A stretch of 63,973 nt of DNA, the filler included, from an uncultured bacterium (lineage in GTDB: Bacteria > CAYJRR01), in the NCBI GenBank assembly GCA_964372275.1. It is 3 parts of 3 records of this genome, joined end to end, with 100 filler letters (N's around TTAATTAATTAA, not from the genome) between each part and the next. Parts side by side here need not be neighbours in the genome. Positions count along the whole stretch, not along the records: positions 24,608 to 48,866 come from CAYJRR010000072.1; 2 more parts are not named here. One strand, written 5' to 3'. Below are positions 29,071 through 39,387 of the stretch, piece by piece (position 1 is the stretch's first letter; each line of letters starts with the position of its first letter). The translations under genes and the position numbers were made by a program. The notes below the pieces were generated by a model that saw nothing but the letters and a program-made list of their open reading frames with translations, was not told the origin of the DNA and searched no databases.

Positions 29071-29963
29071 CGGCCCCTCCGCCCGGGCCCGGACTCGAGC
29101 CGCAGGTCCAACGAAAGATTCGCGGCGCGAGCGGAGTGGGTGAGCGCGCCGACCGACAGATCGTCGACGCCGGTCGCCGCGAGAGCGGCGATGCGATCGA
29201 GGGTGATTCCGCCGGAGGCTTCCAACCGCACCGACCGCCCGGCCTTGGCGCGCGCGATCCGCACCATGCGCCGGAGCCCCCCCAACTCGAAGTTGTCGAG
29301 CAGGATCCGCTCCGGGCGAAAGGCCAGCGCCTCCTCGAGCTCGTCCTCCGACTGCACCTCCACCTCGATCGGACGGCCGCCCCCGGCCCTCGCGCGGCGG
29401 ATCGCCTCGGCCACCCCGCCGGCGGCGGCGATGTGGTTGTCCTTGATCAACACCGCGTCGTGGAGGCCGAGACGGTGGTTCGACGCGCCTCCGATCCGCA
29501 CGGCGTACTTCTCCAGGTGCCGCCACCCCGGGGTCGTCTTGCGCGTATCGAGAATCCGCACCGGATGCGGGCGCGCCGCCTCGACGAACCTCCTCGCGCC
29601 GGTCGCAATCCCGGAGAGCCGCTGCAGGAAGTTGAGCGCCGTCCGCTCGGCGGTGAGGATCGAGGCCGCCGGCCCACGCACCTCGGCGACGACCGCTCCG
29701 GCCTTCACCGCCTGGCCGTCGCGCGCGCGGGCGCGGCCGGCGACGCGGCGGTCGACGGCGGCGAAGACGGCGGCTGCTATCGGCAGCCCGCAGACGACGA
29801 GCGGCTCCTTGGCGACGATACGGCCGACGGCGCGCGTTCCACGCGGGACCGTCAGGCGGCTGGTGAGATCGCCCTGGCGGACGTCGGGACGGCCTTCCCC
29901 GCGGAGGCCCACATCCTCGGCCAGCGCCATGGCGATCAGCCGACGGGCCTGCTCGTAAACCAC
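29067..29963 (-). CDS. nadC: Nicotinate-nucleotide diphosphorylase (carboxylating); start uncertain
   Basis: AERTALNFLQRLSGIAT, DTRKTTPG, LIKDNH, LLDN, EASGG, SVGALTH. Confidence 0.92.
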   Translation of the reverse strand: MVYEQARRLIAMALAEDVGLRGEGRPDVRQGDLTSRLTVPRGTRAVGRIVAKEPLVVCGLPIAAAVFAAVDRRVAGRARARDGQAVKAGAVVAEVRGPAASILTAERTALNFLQRLSGIATGARRFVEAARPHPVRILDTRKTTPGWRHLEKYAVRIGGASNHRLGLHDAVLIKDNHIAAAGGVAEAIRRARAGGGRPIEVEVQSEDELEEALAFRPERILLDNFELGGLRRMVRIARAKAGRSVRLEASGGITLDRIAALAATGVDDLSVGALTHSARAANLSLDLRLESGPGRRGR

Positions 29964-30021
29964 GGCCGGGATCGCCTCGCGAGGAGACGACCGGAGGCGT
30001 GACCGGGTTCGGCTGCGCCGG

Positions 30022-30079
30022 CGGGGACGGGGACGGGGACCGGAACGAGGACGCGACCGTGGACGGGGACGGGGCACGG
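30022..30079. repeat. Degenerate GGGGAC hexamer tandem repeat between valS and nadC
   Basis: GGGGACGGGGACGGGGACCGGAACGAGGACGCGACCGTGGACGGGGACGGGGCA. Confidence 0.6.
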
Positions 30080-30084
30080 TGACG

Positions 30085-32844
30085 TTACGCCCCGGTCAGC
30101 TCGCGCACGCGCGCCAGGTTCGCCGCCAGCTTGGCGCGCACCCCCTCGATCTCCTGCAGGCGCGCCCGGTCCTTCTCCACGACCTCGGCGGGCGCTCGCT
30201 TCACGTAGTCGGCGTTGCCGAGCTTGTGCGAGACGACGTGCTGATCCTTGGCGAGCTTCGCCAACTCCTTCTCCAGCCGCTGGGACTCCGCCGCCGGATC
30301 GACGAGCCCGGCGAGCGGAACGAACAGCTCCACCGGACCGACCACCGCCGCGGCCGCCCCTTTGGGCGCCTCGACCGCGGCGTCGCCGACGAGCGTCGCC
30401 GTCACGTCCGACAGCCCGGCGAGATCGACGAGACTCTCCCGCTCCCGCGACAGCAGCGCGTGCGCGTGGGCGTCGCGCGTGAGGTAAAGGAGCGGCATCT
30501 TCGCCCCTGGCTTGATTCCCATCTCCCCGCGGATGTTCCGCAGGGCGGTGATCGTCTCCTGGAGGATGCGGGCCTCGGCCTCCGCGTCTGCGTCGATGAG
30601 CGAACGATCGGGCGTCGGAAAGGTCGCCACCACCACGCTCTCCGCCTCGCGGCGGATCGGAAGGCGCTGCCAGAGCTCCTCCGTGAGGAACGGCATGATC
30701 GGGTGCAGCAGGCGGAAGAGCCGGTCGAGGACGTGGAGCGCGGTGCGCCGGGTGGCATCGCGGCGGACGGCGTGGTGCTCGCGGTAGAGCACCGGTTTGA
30801 TCATCTCCAGGTACCAATCGCAGAGCTCGTGCCACGCGAACTGGTAGAGGGCCGACGCGGCGTCGTTGAAGCGGTACTCCGCCAGCGACGTGCGGACCTC
30901 CTCGGTCACCGCCTGCATCCGGGAGAGGATCCATCGGTCGGCGAGCGTCGTCCCGAGTGGCCCGTCGGAGACGTCGCCAACGTTCATCAGGAGGAAGCGC
31001 GTCGCGTTCCACAGCTTGTTGCAGAAGTTCCGATAACCTTCGATCCGCTCCTCCGACAGGCGGACGTCGCGCCCCTGCGCGGCGAAGGCGGTCAGCGTGA
31101 AGCGCACCGCGTCGGTGCCGAACTTGTTCATCAGCACCAGCGGATCGAGCACGTTCCCCTTCGTCTTCGACATCTTCTCGCCCTTGGCGTCGCGCACCAG
31201 GGCGTGGATGTAGACCTCGCGGAACGGGACCTCCCCCATGAAGTGCGTCCCGAACATCATCATCCGCGCCACCCAGAAGAAGATGATGTCGAAGGCGGTC
31301 ACCAGCGTGCTGGTGGGGTAGAACCGCGCCAGCTCCTTCGTCCGCTCCGGCCATCCGAGCGTGGAGAAGGGCCAGGTCGCCGAGCTGAACCAGGTGTCGA
31401 GGACGTCGGGATCGCGGACGAGCGCCTCGCGGCCGGCGCCGCAGTCGGGACAGGCCGGCGGCTCCTCGAGCGCGACGATCGCCTTCGCCCCGGCGTGGAT
31501 GCGCGGCGCGGCCGCCGGTCCGCCTTCGGCCGACGCCGGCGGCTGACGTACCGTCTCCGGGTTGCAGCGCGCGCAGTACCACGCCGGGATCTGGTGTCCC
31601 CACCAGATCTGGCGTGACACGCACCAGTCACGGATGCTCTCCATCCAGTGGTAGTAGGTCGCCGTCCAGCTCTCCGGGACGAAGCGGGTGCGTCCGGACT
31701 TCACCGCCTCGATCGCGACCGCCGCCAGCGGCCTGGTGCGCACGAACCACTGCGGCGAGAGATGCGGCTCGACGACGGTGCGGCAGCGCTGGCAGTGGCC
31801 CACGCTCATCGCGTGGTCCTCGACCTTCTCCAAGAGCTCCGCCGCCTCCAGGTCGGCGAGGACGCGCGCGCGCGCCTCGAACCGGTCGAGACCGCGGTAC
31901 GGTCCGCCGTTCTCGTTCACCCGCGCCCGGTCGTCGAAGATCGCCACCCGCGGGAGCTTGTGACGGTTCCCGACCTCGAAGTCGTTGGGATCATGCGCCG
32001 GGGTGATCTTCACCGCCCCCGATCCGAAGGCGCGGTCGACGTAGGGGTCGTCGATCAGCGGGATGACGCGATCGACGAGCGGCAGCCGCAACGAACGCTT
32101 CGCGCGGAGCGCCACTGCGTAACGCTCGTCGTCGGGATGCACCGCCACCGCGGTGTCGCCGAGCATCGTCTCGGGGCGCGTCGTCGCCACCGTCACGTGA
32201 CCGGCGCCGTCGGCGTAGGGGTAGCGCAGATGGTAGAGCTTCCCGTTCGCCTCCTCGTGCTCGACCTCCAGGTCGGAGAGCGCCGTCTGGCAGCGGGGGC
32301 ACCAGTGGATCAGCGCCATGTCGCGCTCGACCAGCCCCTCGCGATGGAGCGTGACGAACGCCTGGCGCACCGCCGCCGAGAGTCCCTCGTCCATCGTGAA
32401 GCGCTCGCGGGACCAGTCGCACGACGCCCCGAGGCGGCGGAGCTGCCGGGTGATCGCCCCGCCGCTCTCCGCCTTCCAACGCCAGACGCGCTCGACGAAC
32501 GCGTCGCGGCCGAGGTCGTGGCGGGTCTTCTTCTCGGCGGCGAGTTGCCTCTCGACGACGTTCTGCGTGGCGATCCCGGCGTGGTCGGTCCCCGGCTGCC
32601 AGAGGACGTCGTCCCCTTCCATCCGCCGCCAGCGGACGAGGATGTCCTGCAGCGTGTTGTTGAGGGCGTGACCGACGTGCAGGCTCCCGGTGACGTTCGG
32701 CGGCGGGATCATCACGCAGAACGGCCGGCCGGCCGTCGGATCGACGCGCGGGCGGAAGTAGCCGGCCTGCTCCCAGCGCTCGTACCAGCGCGCTTCGCAG
32801 GAGGCCGGATCGTAGGTCTTCGGAAGCTCGTCGGCGGGGTTCAC
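30085..32844 (-). CDS. valS: Valine--tRNA ligase
   Basis: PPPNVTGSLHVGH, DWCVSRQIWWGH, DTWFSS, KMSKT, C-terminal coiled coil. Confidence 0.97.
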   Translation of the reverse strand: MNPADELPKTYDPASCEARWYERWEQAGYFRPRVDPTAGRPFCVMIPPPNVTGSLHVGHALNNTLQDILVRWRRMEGDDVLWQPGTDHAGIATQNVVERQLAAEKKTRHDLGRDAFVERVWRWKAESGGAITRQLRRLGASCDWSRERFTMDEGLSAAVRQAFVTLHREGLVERDMALIHWCPRCQTALSDLEVEHEEANGKLYHLRYPYADGAGHVTVATTRPETMLGDTAVAVHPDDERYAVALRAKRSLRLPLVDRVIPLIDDPYVDRAFGSGAVKITPAHDPNDFEVGNRHKLPRVAIFDDRARVNENGGPYRGLDRFEARARVLADLEAAELLEKVEDHAMSVGHCQRCRTVVEPHLSPQWFVRTRPLAAVAIEAVKSGRTRFVPESWTATYYHWMESIRDWCVSRQIWWGHQIPAWYCARCNPETVRQPPASAEGGPAAAPRIHAGAKAIVALEEPPACPDCGAGREALVRDPDVLDTWFSSATWPFSTLGWPERTKELARFYPTSTLVTAFDIIFFWVARMMMFGTHFMGEVPFREVYIHALVRDAKGEKMSKTKGNVLDPLVLMNKFGTDAVRFTLTAFAAQGRDVRLSEERIEGYRNFCNKLWNATRFLLMNVGDVSDGPLGTTLADRWILSRMQAVTEEVRTSLAEYRFNDAASALYQFAWHELCDWYLEMIKPVLYREHHAVRRDATRRTALHVLDRLFRLLHPIMPFLTEELWQRLPIRREAESVVVATFPTPDRSLIDADAEAEARILQETITALRNIRGEMGIKPGAKMPLLYLTRDAHAHALLSRERESLVDLAGLSDVTATLVGDAAVEAPKGAAAAVVGPVELFVPLAGLVDPAAESQRLEKELAKLAKDQHVVSHKLGNADYVKRAPAEVVEKDRARLQEIEGVRAKLAANLARVRELTGA

Positions 32845-32854
32845 GGGGAGCGGA

Positions 32855-34258
32855 CTACGTGGGTCGCGTGAGACGCTTGATCTCGTCCTTGATCAGGTCC
32901 TCGGCGAGATCGGGGACCACCTCCCAGGCGACCTTCTCCAGGATCGGAGGAAGGAGGCGCGCGGCGATCTCGCGGACGATGGCGTCGACGCGCTCCGGGG
33001 GGATCTCGGCCAGCGACGTCGGCGGGGCGGCCGCCGGCGCGGAGGTCGCGCGCGTCGCCACCGCGGGGGCCGACGCTGCCTCGGACGACGCGGAGGCGGT
33101 CGACGGCGCCACTGGCGACGGTGCGGGCGCGGTCGGCGCGAGGCGGACCGGCGCCGGCATCGCGGCCGCCGGAGGCGTCGTCGGTCTGTTCGGCGCCGGT
33201 GACGCGGTCGCCGGAGGCGCTGCGGGCCCGGCCGCCGGCGCCTGCGTAGGCGCCGAAGCGGCTGCGCGGGGCATCGTCCCGGAACCCGGTGTCGAAACGG
33301 TGGGTCGCATCGAAGCGGGGGCCGCTGCCGCCGGTCGCATCGCGCCTGGAACCGGTGGAGGCGCCGCCGGGCGCGTAAGCCCCGGCAACACCGCGCCCGC
33401 CGGCGAAACACCGGAAATCGCCGACGGAGGCGGCGCGGCGGGACGCGTGGGCACCGCACCGGCCGCAAGCCCCGGCGTGGAGGCCACACCCCGGACGCCC
33501 GGCGGAGGCGCGCTCGGTCGCGCGGCCGTCCGCGGAACCGTCGCCGTCTGGACCGGTGCCGGGGGCGCCGGCGTTACGACCGGCGCCGCTCTTGGACGAA
33601 CAGCACCCGGGGGCAAAGCGCTCGGCCACTCGACCTCCAGCCCCGGCGGCGCCGATCCGATCGGTAGCTCGGTGCTCCACAGATCGAGGTCCCCCGACGC
33701 CGCAGGGGTCGTCGCGAAGCCGGCAAACTCGGACGGATCGAACGCCATCGGGCCCGCGGCCGGCGTCGGGCCCGCGGCCGGCGTGGGGCCTGCGGCCGGC
33801 GTGGGTGCGGCGACGGGCGGGGCCGCGGCGGCGACCGGGGTCGACCAAGAGGGCGCGCTCGAGCCGGACGCCACCGCCGTCGGCCGCGCGCCCCCCAATG
33901 CGCCGCGCACCCGGTCGATCAGCGCCTGGCTTTCGAACGGTTTCGGCAAGAAGCCGTCGGCCCGGGAGACCGCCAACCGCGCCGGATCGGGATGCCCTTC
34001 GAGCTGTCCGGCGAGCAGGATCACCGGGATCGACGCGGTCGCCGGGTCGGACTTCAGCGTCTGGGCAAGCTGGTATCCATCGAGCTTGGGCATCGACGCG
34101 TCGGCCAGGACGACGTCGGGGGCGATCCGACGCGCCGCCTCGACCGCCGCCTCGCCGTCGGAAACCGCCGTGATCTCCAACCCCTCCCCCGCCAGCGTGA
34201 TCGTCACGACCTTCTGGATCGTGACGCTGTCATCGGCGAGGAGCAGTCTCTTCGGCAT
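32855..34258 (-). CDS. romR: RomR-like polarity response regulator
   Basis: MPKRLLLADDSVTIQK receiver, long Pro/Ala linker with PTPAAG repeats, C-terminal EKVAWEVVPDLAEDLIKDEIKRL; directly upstream of valS. Confidence 0.85.
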   Translation of the reverse strand: MPKRLLLADDSVTIQKVVTITLAGEGLEITAVSDGEAAVEAARRIAPDVVLADASMPKLDGYQLAQTLKSDPATASIPVILLAGQLEGHPDPARLAVSRADGFLPKPFESQALIDRVRGALGGARPTAVASGSSAPSWSTPVAAAAPPVAAPTPAAGPTPAAGPTPAAGPMAFDPSEFAGFATTPAASGDLDLWSTELPIGSAPPGLEVEWPSALPPGAVRPRAAPVVTPAPPAPVQTATVPRTAARPSAPPPGVRGVASTPGLAAGAVPTRPAAPPPSAISGVSPAGAVLPGLTRPAAPPPVPGAMRPAAAAPASMRPTVSTPGSGTMPRAAASAPTQAPAAGPAAPPATASPAPNRPTTPPAAAMPAPVRLAPTAPAPSPVAPSTASASSEAASAPAVATRATSAPAAAPPTSLAEIPPERVDAIVREIAARLLPPILEKVAWEVVPDLAEDLIKDEIKRLTRPT

Positions 34259-35475
34259 CATTCGCCCCGATGGGCCGGTGTAGCAGGGGGGGATTCGGGT
34301 GTCAACGAACCGGCCTCCGTTGCAGCAGCCGCGCGAACGAGCGAAGACAACGGCACCAGCTCCAACCCCTCGCTCCGGAAGCGGGGCACCGCCCCCGCGA
34401 GCGCGCGGATCGTCTCGTCGAACGGGTGTCCGATCGCGATCGCCTGCCCGCGCGCGCGCGCGCGTTCCTTGAGCCGCTCGATCTCCCGATGAATCGCCGA
34501 CGGTTCGACCGAGCGGTCGAGAAAGACGTCGCGCTCGGCCGCCGGCACGCCGACCGAAACGGCCGTCCGGTAGGCGACGGTGCGCGGGGTCGTCCGGCTG
34601 TCGAGGAAGTAGATCCCGAGCCGGCGCGCCTCCTCCATCACCACGCGCATCGGCTCCTCGCGGGTCGTGAGGAGGCTTCCCATGTGGTTGTTCATGCCGC
34701 GCGCGTGCGGCACCGACCGGACCGCCTCCGCCACCCGGGCGCGCAGCGCGATCGGCTCCATCCCTTCGAGAAGCATCCCCCGCGTCGAGAAGCCCGGCGG
34801 AGTTCCGAGCGGCTCCATCGGAAGGTGGACGATCACCTCCGCGCCTTGGCCGTGGAGCGCCTCCGCCACCTCGCCGGCGCGCGGCGCGTCGGGCATCACC
34901 GCGAAGGTGAAACGGTCGCTGATCCGCATCAGGCGGTCGACCGGCTCGCGTCCGTGACCGACGTCGTCGATGACGATCGCCACGCGCGCCCGGGGAGCTG
35001 GCGCGTCCACGAGCGGCCGCCGCCGCATCGGGAACAGCTCGAGCGACACCACCTCGGTCGCGCCGACCGAGATCGAGACCCGCCGTCCGGCCGACGCGGG
35101 GCCCGCCGCCGGCAGGGAGGCGAAGCGGCAACCGGGGATCGCTTCGAGCCGCTTCGCGAGGGTCGCCTCGAAGGCGTCGATCGGCGCCGACAGGTCGACC
35201 CCCATCGCGGTGAATCGCCCGCCCCCCGGACGCTCGGAGGTCGACTCGTAGCGGATGTCGCCGCCGGTCACCCCCTCGTCGAACAACGCCTCGGCGACGG
35301 CGTCACGCGCGGCGTCGGCGGCGGGCCCGGGGCCGGCGGACGGAATCACACCCTCGTGCGCGAGGCCGCCGACGATCGGCGGATCGGACGCGGCGCCGCA
35401 AAACGCGGCGACCACGGCCCAGGTCAGGAGCCCCAGCAGGACGAGGAGCGCAAGCGCCGATCGCGGACGGATCAC
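34258..35475 (-). CDS. Divergent polysaccharide deacetylase (YibQ family)
   Basis: AIVIDDVG, HLPMEP, NNHMGS, FLDSRT, RDVFLD, AIGHP. Confidence 0.9.
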   Translation of the reverse strand: MIRPRSALALLVLLGLLTWAVVAAFCGAASDPPIVGGLAHEGVIPSAGPGPAADAARDAVAEALFDEGVTGGDIRYESTSERPGGGRFTAMGVDLSAPIDAFEATLAKRLEAIPGCRFASLPAAGPASAGRRVSISVGATEVVSLELFPMRRRPLVDAPAPRARVAIVIDDVGHGREPVDRLMRISDRFTFAVMPDAPRAGEVAEALHGQGAEVIVHLPMEPLGTPPGFSTRGMLLEGMEPIALRARVAEAVRSVPHARGMNNHMGSLLTTREEPMRVVMEEARRLGIYFLDSRTTPRTVAYRTAVSVGVPAAERDVFLDRSVEPSAIHREIERLKERARARGQAIAIGHPFDETIRALAGAVPRFRSEGLELVPLSSLVRAAAATEAGSLTPESPPATPAHRGE

Positions 35476-35533
35476 GGGAGCCCAAGGCTACTCCATTCGC
35501 GGAAGGTCGGTCCTTCGGGCGGACGTCGGCGCG

Positions 35534-36883
35534 CTACTTCGCCGGCGCGGTCTTGGCAACGTCGGTCGCCTTCGGTCCCTTCTGGAAGATCGTCCAGGAG
35601 ACCAACGTGTCGTGCGCGCGGCGGAGCTGGTAGTCGGCCGCGAGCAGCTCGTCGACTTCGCGTCGCGCGGCTTCCTTGAGCGGATCCTTCTCCGCCGGGA
35701 CGTTCTTCAGGACCCCTTTCAGGTCGGCTTCGCGCAGCGGGCGCTTCGCCCCGCTCGTCTCGCCGGCGGCCAGGCTCGGATCGCGGTCGGGCACGAGGAC
35801 GTCCGGCGTGATCCCCAACCCCTGGATCGAGCGCCCCGACGGCGTGTAGTACTTGGCGATCGTCAGCTTCAGGCCCGAGCCGTCGTCGAGCTCGATCACC
35901 GTCTGCACGCTCCCTTTGCCGAACGTCTGCGTCCCCAGGACGACCGCCCGGCCGTGGTCCTGCAGCGCTCCGGCGACGATCTCCGAGGCGGAGGCCGACC
36001 CGCCGTTCACCAGGACGACGACGGGGAACCGGTCGAACGTCCCGCGCCGGTGGGCGAACTCCTCCTCGCGGCGGTTCGGATCGCGCCCGGCGGTGGAGAC
36101 GATCACCCCTTCGGTCACGAACTCGTCGGCGACGCGAACCGCCTGGTCGAGCAATCCGCCCGGATTCCCGCGCAGGTCGAGGATCAGGCCGGCGAGCGGC
36201 GCCTTGTTCTCCTTCTCCAGGTTGGACAGACCCTTCTGCAGGTCGTCGCTGGTCCGTTCCTGGAACGAGGCGATCTTCACGTAGCCGATCCCGTTCCCGA
36301 GCCGCCGCGACGTCACGCTGCGCACGGTGATGTCGGCGCGGACCAGCGGAAAGTCCTTCGGCGCGTCCCATCCCTCGCGCAGGACGGAGAGGACGACCGT
36401 CGTCCCCTTCTCCCCTTTGATCTTCCGCACCGCGCCGCGCGAATCGCCCGGCTGCACCGCCTCGCCGTCGATCCCCTTGATCACATCGCCGACCTGGATC
36501 CCGGCCTTGGCCGCCGGGGTCCCGTCGAGCACGCCGGAGACGCGCAGGCGGTCGTCGTGGGTGTCGAGTTCGATCCCGACGCCGCCGAACCGCCCGCTGG
36601 TGTCCTCCTTCATGTCGCGGTACTCCTCCGGCGGCATGAAGACGGTGTGCGGATCGAGCGTGGCGAGCATCCCCTTGATCGCGCCGTAGACCAGCTGCTT
36701 GTCGTCGACCGGCTCGACGTAGTTGGTCTGCACGTAGTGCAGGACCCGATTGAAGATTTCGAGCTTCTCGTAGGTGGAGTCGAGCCCGCGCGCGGTCCGG
36801 CCGGCGAGCGATACGCCGGTGACGAGACCGACCAGGACGACCGGGACGACGAGACGGGGCTGCCTGCGCGCCGGGGGGCTCAT
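35534..36883 (-). CDS. ctpA: S41 C-terminal processing peptidase (PDZ + S41)
   Basis: LDPHT, FGGVG, DLRGNPGGLL, SASASEIVAGALQD, TFGKGSVQ. Confidence 0.93.
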   Translation of the reverse strand: MSPPARRQPRLVVPVVLVGLVTGVSLAGRTARGLDSTYEKLEIFNRVLHYVQTNYVEPVDDKQLVYGAIKGMLATLDPHTVFMPPEEYRDMKEDTSGRFGGVGIELDTHDDRLRVSGVLDGTPAAKAGIQVGDVIKGIDGEAVQPGDSRGAVRKIKGEKGTTVVLSVLREGWDAPKDFPLVRADITVRSVTSRRLGNGIGYVKIASFQERTSDDLQKGLSNLEKENKAPLAGLILDLRGNPGGLLDQAVRVADEFVTEGVIVSTAGRDPNRREEEFAHRRGTFDRFPVVVLVNGGSASASEIVAGALQDHGRAVVLGTQTFGKGSVQTVIELDDGSGLKLTIAKYYTPSGRSIQGLGITPDVLVPDRDPSLAAGETSGAKRPLREADLKGVLKNVPAEKDPLKEAARREVDELLAADYQLRRAHDTLVSWTIFQKGPKATDVAKTAPAK

Positions 36884-36891
36884 CGAACGAT

Positions 36892-36901
36892 ATTGTAGCA
36901 T
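36892..36901. promoter_or_regulatory. Back-to-back -10 elements for ctpA and rhomboid
   Basis: Minus TGCTACAAT 8 nt before ATG 36883; plus TAGCAT 7 nt before GTG 36909. Confidence 0.45.
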
Positions 36902-36908
36902 TCGGCCC

Positions 36909-38009
36909 GTGCCACGAAACGCGCCGCCGGGAAACGTCGTCCCGTTCCGGCAGAGGCGCGTCCCCTCGTCGTTCGGTCCGCCGCGCGGGCTGCCTCCGTG
37001 GCTGTGGCGGACGGTCGTCGGGTGGTTGGTGGTCGCGAACGTCGCCGTCTGGCTGGCGACGGTGATCGCATCGCGCGGCGCCGGGATCCTGAGCAACGTC
37101 CCCTCGGCCACGACGATCCGATTCGGCTCGCTCGTGCCGCCGCTGGTCCTCGACGAGCCCTGGCGGCTGATCACGAGCACCTTCCTCCACGGGAACCTGC
37201 TCCACGTGGCGATGAACCTGTTCGGGCTGCACTGGCTCGGGACCCGCCTCGAAGGGGCGTTCGGGCGTGCGCGGTTCCTCCTCCTCTACCTGGGTGCGGG
37301 AGCGGCGGGGGCGGTCGTCTCGGCGGCGTGGCACGCACTGGTGGGGGGTTCCTCGGTCGGAGCGTCGGGGGCGGTCCTCGGCCTGCTCGGGGCGTTGGTC
37401 TCCCTCACCGCGGCCGCCACCGGATGGCGGTCGCCGACCACCGTCACCTGGCGCAACACGGCGATCGGGATCGTCGCCGTGGGGCTGCTCGCCGGGGCGG
37501 TCCACTCCGGCCCCGCGATCGACAACGCGGGTCACCTCGGCGGCCTGATCGGCGGATTCGCGCTCGCGCGCCTGTTCGCCGGCCGTCCCGCCTGGCGCGG
37601 AACGCTCGAACGGGCGGTGCTCGCCGGCGGCGGTCTGCTCGTCGCCGGCTGCTTCCTGCTCGCGCTCACGCGCGGCGCGAGCCTGCAGGAGGCGGTGGCG
37701 GCGAGCATTCCGGAGTCGGTCACCGCGGCGCAACGGGCGCTCGTGGAGGAGGATTGGCCGGCAGCGGAGGCGGCGCTGGCGGAGGCGATCCGGCGGAACC
37801 CGAATCCGACGCTGCGCCTCCTCCGGGCGCAGGCCCTCGACCGCCTCGAGCGGCGCGACGAGGCCCGCGAGGAGCTTCTCGCCGCCGCGCGCGTGGCCGA
37901 CGACCCGGCACTGCTCGAGGCCTTGGCCGTCGAGCTCGAGGCGCACCAGGAGGCGGAGGCGGCCCGCAAGGCGTCGATCCAGGCGCGACTCCGCCGCGGC
38001 TTCCGGTAG
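36909..38009 (+). CDS. Rhomboid intramembrane protease with TPR-like tail
   Basis: WRLITSTFLH, HVAMN, GASG, HLGG. Confidence 0.9.
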   Translation: MPRNAPPGNVVPFRQRRVPSSFGPPRGLPPWLWRTVVGWLVVANVAVWLATVIASRGAGILSNVPSATTIRFGSLVPPLVLDEPWRLITSTFLHGNLLHVAMNLFGLHWLGTRLEGAFGRARFLLLYLGAGAAGAVVSAAWHALVGGSSVGASGAVLGLLGALVSLTAAATGWRSPTTVTWRNTAIGIVAVGLLAGAVHSGPAIDNAGHLGGLIGGFALARLFAGRPAWRGTLERAVLAGGGLLVAGCFLLALTRGASLQEAVAASIPESVTAAQRALVEEDWPAAEAALAEAIRRNPNPTLRLLRAQALDRLERRDEAREELLAAARVADDPALLEALAVELEAHQEAEAARKASIQARLRRGFR

Positions 38010-38021
38010 AATCGACGCCCC

Positions 38022-38822
38022 ATGGACCTCGCCCACCTCCTCACGCCCGAGAACCTGGTCGCGCTCGCCACCCTGACGCTGATGGAGATCGTCCTCGGGA
38101 TCGACAACATCGTCTTTATCTCGGTCCTGGCCGGAAAGCTCGCGCCCGAGAAGCGCGCCTCGACGCGGCGAACCGGGCTGGTGCTGGCCCTCGTGATGCG
38201 GCTCGGCCTGCTGCTCTCGATCCGCTGGGTGATGGGGCTGACGGTGCCGTTGTTCACCGTCGCCGGACACGAGATGACCGGCAAGGGGGTGATCCTGCTC
38301 GTCGGCGGACTGTTCCTGATCGCCAAGGCGACGCACGAGATCTACGACAAGCTCGAAGGGGACTACTCCGAAGCCGGCGGCGGGGCGGCGCGCGCAACGG
38401 TCGCCTCGGTGCTGACCCAGATCATCCTGCTCGACATCGTCTTCTCCCTCGACTCGGTGATCACCGCGGTCGGAATGGCACGGGAGCTGGCGATCATGGT
38501 GGTGGCGATGTTGATCGCGGTCGGCGTGATGCTCGTCTTCGCCGGGGCGATCGGGGAGTTCGTGAACCGGCATCCGAGCATGAAGATCCTGGCGCTCTCC
38601 TTCCTCATCCTGATCGGTGTGATGCTGACGGCCGAGGCGCTGGGCCAGCACGTCGGCAAGGGATACATCTACTCGGCGATGGCGTTTTCGCTGGCCGTCG
38701 AGCTGCTCAACATGCGGTTCCGCAAGCGCCATGCGCCGGTGTCGCTCCACCAGCCCGGCGAAGCGGCCCCTCCAGCGGGACCGGGGGGAGCCCCCCCACG
38801 AGCGCGACGCGCGGACCACTAG
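38022..38822 (+). CDS. TerC family membrane protein
   Basis: EIVLGIDNIVFI, DIVFSLDSVITAVG, KGYIYSAMAFS. Confidence 0.92.
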   Translation: MDLAHLLTPENLVALATLTLMEIVLGIDNIVFISVLAGKLAPEKRASTRRTGLVLALVMRLGLLLSIRWVMGLTVPLFTVAGHEMTGKGVILLVGGLFLIAKATHEIYDKLEGDYSEAGGGAARATVASVLTQIILLDIVFSLDSVITAVGMARELAIMVVAMLIAVGVMLVFAGAIGEFVNRHPSMKILALSFLILIGVMLTAEALGQHVGKGYIYSAMAFSLAVELLNMRFRKRHAPVSLHQPGEAAPPAGPGGAPPRARRADH

Positions 38823-38857
38823 CCGAACGCCCGGGGCGATCGCAGATTCAGGGTCGG

Positions 38858-39346
38858 ATGCATCCGGTCGACCTGCTCCTGCGCCAGCACGGCGAGATCC
38901 GGGCCTGGCTGGCGCTGCTCCTTCCCGAGACCCCGTCCGTGCGGCTTCGCCGCGAGCGCTTCGCCCATCTCGCCGACGTGGTCGCGATCCACTTGACGCT
39001 CGAGGAACGGCACCTGTTCCCCGCCGTCCACACCCGCGGGCTCGAGGACTACCTGCACCGCGCCGTCGAGGAGCATCTCGGCGTGAAGCGCTTCCTCGCC
39101 GACCTGCTCGAGCGGAGCTCCGACCATCCTCAATTCCAGCCGAAGCTGCAGGTCCTCCGCGATCAGCTGCTGCGCCACGCCTCCGAAGAGGAGGAGGTCC
39201 TCTACCGCGCCGCGCGGAACCACCTGCGGGGGCCGCGAGCGGAGACGCTCGCGGCAAGAATGGAGGGGCTGGCCGACCGGATGCGGCAGCGGGCGCCGCG
39301 CTTCCGAGTGGCGAGGGAGACCGCCGCCTCCGCCCCGATCGAATAG
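38858..39346 (+). CDS. Hemerythrin-like (HHE) domain protein
   Basis: QH, HLTLEERHLFP, EEH, HASEEEEVLY. Confidence 0.85.
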   Translation: MHPVDLLLRQHGEIRAWLALLLPETPSVRLRRERFAHLADVVAIHLTLEERHLFPAVHTRGLEDYLHRAVEEHLGVKRFLADLLERSSDHPQFQPKLQVLRDQLLRHASEEEEVLYRAARNHLRGPRAETLAARMEGLADRMRQRAPRFRVARETAASAPIE

Positions 39347-39387
39347 CCCCGATCTGCTACAACGTGCGGGTGCCCAGGCACCGGCCC

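Noticed and set aside
29964-30077. PRPRPR N-terminal extension of NadC
   Set aside because: Translation of the intergenic GGGGAC repeat.
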